In this document: piece after piece, positions 1 to 7,622 of the stretch | Position numbering within the stretch: the first letter of the stretch is position 1 | How the letters are laid out: each line of letters begins with the position of its first letter | Assembly: GCA_051886175.1 (NCBI GenBank) | Contig: JBJEXV010000029.1 | Location: 27,029-91,028 of the forward strand | DNA length: 64,000 nucleotides | Direction: 5' to 3' | Origin: Candidatus Coprovivens sp. | GTDB taxonomy: Bacteria > Bacillota_I > Bacilli_A > RF39 > UBA660 | The notes under the pieces: model-generated | What the model was told of the DNA's origin: nothing | Databases searched by the model: none | The model's input: the letters and a program-made list of their open reading frames with translations, nothing else | Program-made: the position numbers and the translations under genes

Positions 1-729
1 GGCATATTCTGTACCATTTATAGTCGCAGTTGATGCAAGTAGTAAACCTGCTACTTCAGTGTAACCTGGTTTGTTACCAGTAAGTAATGTATCATCTAGG
101 CCATGGAATGTTGCAATTGAACGAGTGTAATTTACTACTCTTCTTCCGTTAGACATAGTGTAATATGTTGATTGAAATATTTTTTTGAATGTTTCGTTTT
201 TTAATGCTTTTACAAGTAAGAAACATATTTCTCTACCGGTTGCAATGTTGTCATCATGCCCACCAAATGAATCTTCAAAGTTTGTATTTCTTAAGAATAA
301 GTTATCTGCTTCTTGATCCATCATTTTTACGAATTCAGCTTCAGAACCAGCAATATGGTTAGCTAGGGCTTTACTAGAATCAGCTCCTGATTCAAGTAAA
401 GTTGCATATAGTAAGTCTTCAATAGTAACTATATCTCCTACTTGTAAACCAACTACTGTAAATCCTTCAAGACCAGTTATATCTTCTTCTGTTATTGTAA
501 CTTTTGTTTTTATATTTTGAACGTTATTAATTGCAGTATAAGCTGTCATTATTTTAGTTAGGGAAGCTAATACTTGTACTTTATCGGGATTCTTTTCGTA
601 TATTACTTCTTCTTCCTCGATATTATATAATACTACAGTATCTGATTGGACTTCGATTGGTAATGTAACTGCATTTATATTAGATATGAATACAAATAAT
701 AAAAATATTGAAAATATTATTTTTTTCAT
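1..729 (-). CDS. D-alanyl-D-alanine carboxypeptidase (peptidase S11 family), 3' end runs off the window
   Basis: I translated the minus strand from the ATG at 727-729. It has a signal peptide (MKKIIFSIFLLFVFISNINA), an SxxK motif (ASLTK), SGA in the SxN position and KPG in the KTG position. It is not in the ORF track because it is truncated by the window edge. Confidence 0.75.
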   Translation of the reverse strand, partial: MKKIIFSIFLLFVFISNINAVTLPIEVQSDTVVLYNIEEEEVIYEKNPDKVQVLASLTKIMTAYTAINNVQNIKTKVTITEEDITGLEGFTVVGLQVGDIVTIEDLLYATLLESGADSSKALANHIAGSEAEFVKMMDQEADNLFLRNTNFEDSFGGHDDNIATGREICFLLVKALKNETFKKIFQSTYYTMSNGRRVVNYTRSIATFHGLDDTLLTGNKPGYTEVAGLLLASTATINGTEYA

Positions 730-806
730 ATTAGCCACTCCCTATTCTTTAATATCATATCATTTATAATAGTTTTATTCAAATAAAAAAGAGAGTTAAT
801 ACTCTC

Positions 807-1799
807 TTATAACCATACTCCGTATGCTATTGCAATCATTGCTAGAATTAAACCAACTACATAGAATATTTTTACTATGTCTTGTTCTTTCCATCCTATT
901 TGTTCAAAATGGTGATGTAATGGTGCCATTTTGAATATTTTCTTTTTAAATTTAATGATTGCAATCATTTGAATCATTGATGATAATGTTTCTACTACGA
1001 ATACTCCACCAACTATTGCTAGTGATAATTCATGTTTAGTTAATATTGCTATAGCTGCTAAAGCACCACCTAGTGCTAAAGAACCAGTATCACCCATGAA
1101 TACTTTTGCTGGATGTGAGTTGAATACTAGGAATCCAAGTAATGATCCTACTAGTACGAAACAGAAGATACCTAATGCTTCATTTCCTTCCATCCAAGTA
1201 GTATTCCAAGCTATTATTCCGTATGCTAAGAACGCTATCACTGATAAACCACCAGCTAAGCCGTCTAAACCATCTGTTATATTTACTGCATTTGATGTTC
1301 CTACTAGTAAGAATAGAATAAATAAGCCATAGAACCATCTAAGATCTATCGAGAAGCCAATTGCTGACATTTCAATAGTTGGTGAACCACCATTAACCAT
1401 GTAGATATAAAAGAATGCTAATGCAATTAATACTTGGCATAATAATTTAAATAATATACTTAATCCTTTATTGTTATGGAACTTTATTTTTATATAGTCA
1501 TCAGCTAATCCGAGTAGTCCATAAGCTCCGAATACTATTAATACTATTATTAAGTTAGATGATAAAGTAAAACTATCTTTTATCAATAATAATATTAATA
1601 CTAAGAATGTCGGTATTATAAATATTAAACCACCTAATGTAGGAGTTCCATCTTTAGATAAATGTCTTTCTCCTATCATTCTACTTACACTTTGTTTAAT
1701 TTTTAATCGTTTTAGTAAAGGTATTAATATAAGTCCGGCTATTAGAGCTAGAATAAAACCCAACATCATAGCCATTGCTGCTTTTGCTAATATTAGCAT
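807..1799 (-). CDS. mraY: phospho-N-acetylmuramoyl-pentapeptide transferase
   Basis: 330-aa polytopic membrane protein with MraY hallmarks (NAVNITDGLDGLA, FMGDTGSLALGG, APLHHHFE). Confidence 0.95.
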   Translation of the reverse strand: MLILAKAAMAMMLGFILALIAGLILIPLLKRLKIKQSVSRMIGERHLSKDGTPTLGGLIFIIPTFLVLILLLIKDSFTLSSNLIIVLIVFGAYGLLGLADDYIKIKFHNNKGLSILFKLLCQVLIALAFFYIYMVNGGSPTIEMSAIGFSIDLRWFYGLFILFLLVGTSNAVNITDGLDGLAGGLSVIAFLAYGIIAWNTTWMEGNEALGIFCFVLVGSLLGFLVFNSHPAKVFMGDTGSLALGGALAAIAILTKHELSLAIVGGVFVVETLSSMIQMIAIIKFKKKIFKMAPLHHHFEQIGWKEQDIVKIFYVVGLILAMIAIAYGVWL

Positions 1800-1966
1800 A
1801 ACAACACCTCTTTCTTTTGTAATTATACTACAAAATTAAGGTTTAATATTATAATTTTTATGAATTTACATAGTTTAGACATATTATATATATTAATTAT
1901 ATTTATAATATTATTAAATATTCTAATGTTTATGATATACTTATTAAAGATAAGGAGTATTAAAGT

Positions 1967-2161
1967 ATGTATGATAATATAGATATAGATAGTGATATAT
2001 TTAAAGAAGTTAAAGATATTATGTTAGACAATGATGATGAAGATATTATTAATAATTTAGAGATTAATGTAACTAAGTTAATTGAAGTATTAAAAGATAC
2101 TGATATGAAATTAGAAGAATATAATGATAATGGTTATAGAGAAAGAATAAGTGTGATCTAA
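1967..2161 (+). CDS. hypothetical small acidic protein
   Basis: 64-aa ORF with GGAG 8 nt upstream of the ATG. Its stop overlaps the next start (TAATG). No family recognised. Confidence 0.4.
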   Translation: MYDNIDIDSDIFKEVKDIMLDNDDEDIINNLEINVTKLIEVLKDTDMKLEEYNDNGYRERISVI

Positions 2162-2376
2162 TGAGTAATAAAGATAAGATACAGATTATTAATAGATATC
2201 AAGGTATGATTAATAGTAAAGTAGCAGTATTATTAAATAAGAGTAAGAAGATAAAAGAATCTATTAATGATGAAGATGAGTTAAATAGATTAAATGAAAT
2301 TATTGATAATTTAAAGTTACATGAAGCTAATGTAATTAAGTTATTAAATAAGTATTGTAGTAAATTAGAAAAGTAA
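2161..2376 (+). CDS. hypothetical small coiled-coil protein
   Basis: 71-aa ORF translationally coupled to 1967-2161. No family recognised. Confidence 0.4.
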   Translation: MSNKDKIQIINRYQGMINSKVAVLLNKSKKIKESINDEDELNRLNEIIDNLKLHEANVIKLLNKYCSKLEK

Positions 2377-2395
2377 CTAGGAATAGTTATTTTTT

Positions 2396-3436
2396 TTAAT
2401 TAAGCATTAGTTTTACTGTACTATTTTCTTTTATATAAGTATCGGGAGATGGTTCTTGGTAGATTATTTTATCTCCTGTTCCTGATATTTCTATTTTATA
2501 TCCTTTTAGGGTATTTTTAGCTTCTTTTAGGCTCATACCAATGACATTTGGTAATTTTTGATATTTTATATCTAACCAAGTATATGTTCTTGGAGTAACT
2601 TCTTTTGTAGGTTTTAAGTCTTTTATACTTATGATGCTTTTAATTATGTTTTTTGCTATAGGAGCGGAGACTGTTCCACCGTATTGAGTTATTCCTTTGG
2701 GATTATCTATTGCTACATATACAATGTATTCTGGTTTGTTTGCTGGGAGAAAGCCAATGAAGGAAACTATGTAATTACCACTCATATATTTGCCATCTTT
2801 TACTTTTTGAGCTGTACCAGTCTTCCCTCCTACTCTATAGTTTTCAACATAAGCGTTTTTACCTGTACCTTGAGATACAACTGATTCTAATGTTTCTCTT
2901 ACTAAAGAAGATGTTTCTTCGCTGATTACTTGTCTTACTTTGGTAGGTTTATTTTCTAAGATAAGATTATTGGTATTTGGTTCAGTTATATATTTAACTG
3001 TATAAGGTTTATAAAGTGTACCACCATTGATTGCTGCAGATACACCGTTTACTTGTTGAATTGGCGTTACGCTTATTCCTTGACCAAAACTGATAGTTGC
3101 TTGTTCTACTGGTCCAATGTTTTCGTATTTGAACATTATCCCTTTTGCTTCACCATTCAAGTCGATGCCTGTTTTTTCTGTCATACCGAATTTTTCTACG
3201 TATTCGTATAGTTTTTGTTTACCAAGCTTTTGCCCCATTACGACGAATCCTGGGTTGCAAGAGTTTTGGACTACTTGGAGAAATGTTTGGGAACCATGGC
3301 CGCCTTTTTTCCAACATTTAATTTTTGCTCCTTCAACATTTATTGAACCGCTATCATGATAATGATCTTCAAAGACATTTATTACTTTTTCTTCTAGTGC
3401 TGCACTTAGTGTAATTATTTTGAACGTACCTACCAT
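2396..3436 (-). CDS. spoVD: C-terminal fragment of SpoVD-type class B penicillin-binding protein (transpeptidase core after SxxK, plus one PASTA domain)
   Basis: Contains CWKKGGHGSQTFLQVVQNSCNPGF (SxN), YRVGGKTGTAQKVKDGKY (KTG) and a PASTA-like tail. It starts MVGTFK|IITLSAALEE, where the first codons come from the element arm, and no RBS precedes the ATG. It continues the 7623-8522 fragment. Confidence 0.85.
   Translation of the reverse strand: MVGTFKIITLSAALEEKVINVFEDHYHDSGSINVEGAKIKCWKKGGHGSQTFLQVVQNSCNPGFVVMGQKLGKQKLYEYVEKFGMTEKTGIDLNGEAKGIMFKYENIGPVEQATISFGQGISVTPIQQVNGVSAAINGGTLYKPYTVKYITEPNTNNLILENKPTKVRQVISEETSSLVRETLESVVSQGTGKNAYVENYRVGGKTGTAQKVKDGKYMSGNYIVSFIGFLPANKPEYIVYVAIDNPKGITQYGGTVSAPIAKNIIKSIISIKDLKPTKEVTPRTYTWLDIKYQKLPNVIGMSLKEAKNTLKGYKIEISGTGDKIIYQEPSPDTYIKENSTVKLMLN
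3422..3436. repeat. terminal inverted repeat (element arm at 3' junction)
   Basis: GAACGTACCTACCAT on the plus strand matches the reverse complement of 7627-7641 (GAACGTGAATACCAT) at 12 of 15 positions. Confidence 0.8.
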
Positions 3437-3448
3437 TTGGTGATTAGC

Positions 3449-3481
3449 AAATAAAAAAGGAATGTATTAATTACATTCCTT
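3449..3481 (-). terminator. rho-independent terminator at the inner edge of the element
   Basis: Stem AAGGAATGTA / TACATTCCTT with a 5-nt loop, followed by a T-run in minus sense. It overlaps the stop codon of the ArsC-family gene. Confidence 0.5.
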
Positions 3482-3823
3482 AATTGTATTCCATTCTGTT
3501 TCTTTGAATCCTATTAAAACTATATCATCTAATTCTAATAAAGGTCTTTTTACAAGCATACCATCTGTACTTAAAATTTGTAATTTTTCTTCATATGACA
3601 TAGTTTGAATTTTATCTTTGAGTTTTAATTCTCTATATTTTAATCCACTGGTATTAAAAAATCTATTAATGTCTTTTCCTGATTTTTGAATCAATCTATG
3701 TAATTCTTTTTGATTTAATTTTTCTTCAACAATATTTCTAGTTTCAAAAGCAATTTTTTTTGAAACTAAATAATTTTTTGCTTTTTGACATGTACTACAC
3801 TTAGGATATTCAATTAACAACAT
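3467..3823 (-). CDS. ArsC/Spx/MgsR-family thioredoxin-fold protein
   Basis: 118 aa with an N-terminal CxxC (YPKCSTCQKAK) and the family-typical LVKRP...IGF core. Confidence 0.8.
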   Translation of the reverse strand: MLLIEYPKCSTCQKAKNYLVSKKIAFETRNIVEEKLNQKELHRLIQKSGKDINRFFNTSGLKYRELKLKDKIQTMSYEEKLQILSTDGMLVKRPLLELDDIVLIGFKETEWNTIKECN

Positions 3824-3846
3824 ATTTTTAATCCTTTCAAATAAAA

Positions 3847-4262
3847 TTAATATTCAACTAATTCAAAAGATTCTTTACCAACACCACATATAGGACACTT
3901 AAAATCATCAGGGAATTCATCAGCTTCGTGGATATATCCACAAGTATTTTCTAAAACAGGTATTTCTGAAATTTCTTTAAAATCGATTCCATCAAATTTA
4001 TCAGTATCCTTACTCGATTTATATCCAAATGTTCCTATAATCTTTGCATCAGTTGTTTCTTTTAATATTTAAACTCCAAACTTATTATTTTCTTTAATTA
4101 CTTTATTAGTATAATTATCATGGTTTATACTAACTGCAATCACAGAAGGATTTGAAGTAACTTGCATAATACTATTTGCAATACAACCAATATTTTTATC
4201 TTTATCTCTGCTTGTTACAACATAAACGCCATAAGATAGATTTCTTAAGACTTTCTTATCCG
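3847..4262 (-). pseudogene. flavin reductase-like domain fused to C-terminal rubredoxin (high-molecular-weight rubredoxin type), disrupted
   Basis: Minus-strand translation gives KKVLRNLSYGVYVVTSRDKDKNIGCIANSIMQVTS...NNKFGV*ILKETT...DDFKCPICGVGKESFELVEY. There is an in-frame TAA at 4069-4071, where homologs usually have Ser (FGVS), and no canonical start codon. It is absent from the ORF track. Confidence 0.7.
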
Positions 4263-4265
4263 CAA

Positions 4266-5009
4266 TTAGCTTCTTGCTGCACCATCAACAGATAAAATAA
4301 CTCCTGTTATATAACTTGCCATATCACTTGCTAAAAATAAAAATGCATTTGCTATATCTTCTGGAGTACCAATTCTACCTAAAGGAATTCCTTTAATAAT
4401 AGGTTCTATAACACTATCAGGAACATCTTTCATCATATCAGTTAATGTTACTCCAGGTGCTACAGCATTAACTCTTATATTATCTTTACCTAATTCTCTA
4501 GCTAATGATTTTGTAAGACCATTTACTGCAAATTTACTTGCTGGATACCCACATCCTGATGGTTGACCATAAATACTTACCATTGAAGAAGTATTTAATA
4601 TTACTCCACCACCATTTTTCTTCATATATTCTACAACTGCACGAGAACAATTAAATACAGCATTTACGTTTAAGTCCATAATCTTCTTAAAATCTTCTTC
4701 TTTATAATCATAAATCTTATCCATTGAACTCATTCCTGCATTATTAACTAGGATATCAATTTTTCCATACTTTTCTACAATTTGTTTAAATGTTTTTTCA
4801 ACTGAAGCTAAATCACTTAAATTTGGATAATCTCCATCTACTTCGTAATTTTCATTTATAGTTTTAAGCTTATCAATTGCTTTATCAACGCTTTCTTTTT
4901 TAGAGCCTAGTAAAATTACTTTTGCTCCATTTTCTAAAAATTTTTCTACCGTAGCAAAACCAATACCACGAGTACCTCCTGTTACTACAGCAACTTTTCC
5001 TTCTAACAT
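4266..5009 (-). CDS. short-chain dehydrogenase/reductase (FabG-like)
   Basis: TGGTRGIG cofactor motif, NNAG, and the catalytic S...YxxxK (YPASK). Confidence 0.9.
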   Translation of the reverse strand: MLEGKVAVVTGGTRGIGFATVEKFLENGAKVILLGSKKESVDKAIDKLKTINENYEVDGDYPNLSDLASVEKTFKQIVEKYGKIDILVNNAGMSSMDKIYDYKEEDFKKIMDLNVNAVFNCSRAVVEYMKKNGGGVILNTSSMVSIYGQPSGCGYPASKFAVNGLTKSLARELGKDNIRVNAVAPGVTLTDMMKDVPDSVIEPIIKGIPLGRIGTPEDIANAFLFLASDMASYITGVILSVDGAARS

Positions 5010-5060
5010 ATTATCCCTCCTATAATAAATACTAACTATAAAATTATATATTTTTTAAAT

Positions 5061-5426
5061 CTATTCAACTTCTTTTGCCCATAAAGAATGCTTATTACAA
5101 TATGAGTATATTGTTGCTCCTTTTACATATTTAAATGTTGCAATTGGCTCATCACCTGGAGCAAAATAAACTATTTGCTCATTTTTATCATCTACGTAAC
5201 TAATCCATTCTATATAATGATCTTCGTCCATAACGTGATTAACTCTTACATTAATATTTTCGCCATCAATTTGATATTCTGGTACATGCTTCTCAAATGA
5301 AGCATCTACACTATTAGGTTTTATATTTTCAAGTGGCTCACCACAACATGTAATTCCACAAGTATCACAATTGCAATCTTTCAATACTTTTAAAAGTGCT
5401 CCACACTTATTACATCTTTTTAACAT
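5061..5426 (-). CDS. dfx: desulfoferrodoxin (2Fe superoxide reductase)
   Basis: N-terminal desulforedoxin-type CxxC...CC (CNKCG...CCGEP) and a C-terminal SOR centre (EKHVP, H..H, CNKHSLW). I moved the start to the ATG at 5424-5426, which follows AAGGAGGAAAG. A TATAAT box lies at 5449-5454 in minus sense. Confidence 0.85.
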   Translation of the reverse strand: MLKRCNKCGALLKVLKDCNCDTCGITCCGEPLENIKPNSVDASFEKHVPEYQIDGENINVRVNHVMDEDHYIEWISYVDDKNEQIVYFAPGDEPIATFKYVKGATIYSYCNKHSLWAKEVE

Positions 5427-5495
5427 ATCTTTCCTCCTTATAAATATATTATACAATAATTTTAAAAAACAAAAAAGAAAAAAGAAAAAATATAA

Positions 5496-7229
5496 TTAGA
5501 TATTTTTAAAATAAACATTGTATGTAAATCTATTTGGATTATCTATCGCTCTTTTAATCTCGATAGTATCGCAAGTTTGATTTTCTAAATATAAGATATC
5601 ATCAGAAGTAACTCCACCTATATGTCTAGCACCTTTAATTTTTGGTAATTCATTACCTAATAGATTCAAATATATATCTAGTTTTATATTGTATCTATCA
5701 TCATCTATTTTTGATACAATAATTTCATCAACAAACTTTCTTATAAAATCTTCCAAAGAACCACCACTAATTTCTTCTTGAATAGATTTCGTAATATTTT
5801 CAATATTACTATCTCTTTCATTTAATATACTTATCTGTTCTAAAATCTTTAATTTCTTCTTACTTAGTTCTTTAATTGTACTCTCGAAGTTAGCAAATTG
5901 CGCTTTGAGTTCATCTTTTTTAAGCTCGCCAGAAAGAACCAAATCAAGTGCCAATGATTTCTTTTCTTCAATAATTTTCAGTTGTTTATCTATTTCGTTT
6001 AATTCATCATCATACTTATTAGATTTATCTATACTCTCATATATTCTTAACATATTATCTATAATATGATTCTTTTTTGGAATAATAGTATCCATTATTT
6101 TCATGAATATATTGTATAAATCCTTCTCACCAATAATAGGTGAACTACACGAACTAAGTCTATATTGTAAGTATAATCCGCAACTCCAAGTTGGTCTATT
6201 TTTCTTTTTACTACCATGTGACCTTTGAAAGTTAGTATTATGTTCCTTACAATAGATTTTAGAACTAAAGGGATACTTAACTCCACCGGACCAATAGTTA
6301 TTGTCTTTATAGCCTTTGACTCTAGCATTTAATACTTCATTTGCTTTGTCCCATAATTCTTCAGAAACAATCGCTGGAACACTGCCATCAATACACTTAT
6401 ATATAACTTGATTTTCTATAGTATTTTTCTTTCTTTTCTTGGTCCTATAATCTAAAATTTCATATTGTTTAGCTCTATAAAATCCTTTGTACTTTGGATT
6501 TTGTATCATTCCTTTAAGAGAATCTTTATCATATATTCTTCCATTTTTATTTAGATACCCCTCTTGTGAAAGCTTCACTGCTAGTTTATGAAAGCCATAT
6601 TCACCAGTAGCATATAATTCAAATATTCTTCTCACCATTTTGGCTTCTTCTTCGATAATAACTAATTTGCAATTATCTTTTCTATAACCAGTTATATTAG
6701 AGGAACCAAGTACATGTCCTTGACTAATCGCCTTACGATATCCAAACTTAACACTTGCTGAAATTTTCTTAGATTCTTCTTGTGCGATATTAAATAATAT
6801 ATTAAGAGTAAGTTCTGAGTTTAGATCAAATGTATTAAGTGACTGATTTTCAAAGAACACCCCAACTCCAGATGATTTTAATTCTCTAATATAGTGAATA
6901 CTGTCCTCTAAGTCACGAGCAAACCTTGAAACATCCTTTGTAATAATTAAATCAAATTTGTTGAGTTTAGCATCTCTTATCATTCGCATAAATGATAGTC
7001 TTTTATCTGCTCGTGTTCCCGTAACACCTTCTTCAATATATCCATCTACGAAAGACCATGTTTTATTTTTCTTAATATATGTTTCATAATAATCTAATTG
7101 ATTATCTAATGAATTTAGTTGAACATCGCTATCAGTAGATACTCGGCAATAATAAGTAACCCGTAGTGGAAGATTATAAAGCTTCTCACCACGTGCTATT
7201 GCACTAACTATGTCATAATAGTTCGTATT
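5496..7229 (-). CDS. large serine recombinase (resolvase domain, recombinase domain, zinc ribbon, coiled coil); start codon undefined
   Basis: The ORF-track entry 5496-6989 lacks the catalytic domain. The same frame stays open up to the stop at 7230-7232 and encodes ...LRVTYYCRVSTDSDVQLNSLDNQ...GVTGTRADKRLSF, the nucleophile-serine motif. That stretch contains no ATG, GTG or TTG. Confidence 0.8.
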   Translation of the reverse strand, partial: NTNYYDIVSAIARGEKLYNLPLRVTYYCRVSTDSDVQLNSLDNQLDYYETYIKKNKTWSFVDGYIEEGVTGTRADKRLSFMRMIRDAKLNKFDLIITKDVSRFARDLEDSIHYIRELKSSGVGVFFENQSLNTFDLNSELTLNILFNIAQEESKKISASVKFGYRKAISQGHVLGSSNITGYRKDNCKLVIIEEEAKMVRRIFELYATGEYGFHKLAVKLSQEGYLNKNGRIYDKDSLKGMIQNPKYKGFYRAKQYEILDYRTKKRKKNTIENQVIYKCIDGSVPAIVSEELWDKANEVLNARVKGYKDNNYWSGGVKYPFSSKIYCKEHNTNFQRSHGSKKKNRPTWSCGLYLQYRLSSCSSPIIGEKDLYNIFMKIMDTIIPKKNHIIDNMLRIYESIDKSNKYDDELNEIDKQLKIIEEKKSLALDLVLSGELKKDELKAQFANFESTIKELSKKKLKILEQISILNERDSNIENITKSIQEEISGGSLEDFIRKFVDEIIVSKIDDDRYNIKLDIYLNLLGNELPKIKGARHIGGVTSDDILYLENQTCDTIEIKRAIDNPNRFTYNVYFKNI

Positions 7230-7263
7230 CTACCACCACCTTTGCTATTTATTGTTATAACTT

Positions 7264-7407
7264 TTATATTACTTGTAATTTTTTAATCATTTTCAACAAT
7301 CTTTCATTTGCTTTTGAAAATGTATTTTCATCAATAATGTTCTTTTTGTAAAGGTTGTTATTGATGATAAGTTGTAATTGCAACTCCGTAATTGCATTTA
7401 ATTTCAT
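7264..7407 (-). CDS. hypothetical 47-aa protein directly upstream of the recombinase (candidate accessory/directionality factor)
   Basis: The ATG at 7405-7407 follows AAGGAAAGGA. The product is MKLNAITELQLQLIINNNLYKKNIIDENTFSKANERLLKMIKKLQVI. It falls below the ORF-track length cutoff. Confidence 0.35.
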   Translation of the reverse strand: MKLNAITELQLQLIINNNLYKKNIIDENTFSKANERLLKMIKKLQVI

Positions 7408-7622
7408 ATAATCATCCTTTCCTTATTATTGGATATTATGATAACCCGTAAGTTCATATACCATTTTATAATAGTATTTATGTGCAATAACCCGATTCAG
7501 CATTTCCTGATTTGAATTTATCTAATTTTATATCAATAGTAAATTACTTAGCGTTCTATCAAAATTATTTTCCACTTTATTTTAATGCAAACCATATATT
7601 AAATCCTTATAACATAAGGTCA

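Noticed and set aside
1-729. Non-canonical S11 motifs in the carboxypeptidase (SGA instead of SxN, KPG instead of KTG), considered as evidence of an inactive or novel enzyme.
   Set aside because: Variation at the third position of the SxN motif is known in DD-peptidases (for example SGC in the Streptomyces K15 enzyme). The gene is also truncated by the window, so no conclusion is justified.
1096-1332. Plus-strand ORFs lying antisense inside long minus-strand genes. Examples are 1096-1332, 10105-10554, 22914-23414, 39535-39903, 42520-42915, 52112-52474 and 55714-56292.
   Set aside because: Each is fully contained in a gene with clear family motifs on the other strand. Their products are low-complexity (S/I/F/L-rich), typical shadow ORFs of AT-rich DNA, and none has a convincing RBS.
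5457-5495. A-rich tract AAAAAACAAAAAAGAAAAAAGAAAAAA between the recombinase stop and the dfx start, considered as a repeat or slippage element.
   Set aside because: It is short, intergenic low-complexity sequence. It most simply serves as a T-rich spacer and UP-like region for the TATAAT box at 5449-5454.
6101-6328. 75-aa minus-strand ORF in an alternative frame inside the recombinase gene.
   Set aside because: It overlaps the recombinase/zinc-ribbon region, whose own frame has strong family similarity. I see no independent signals.
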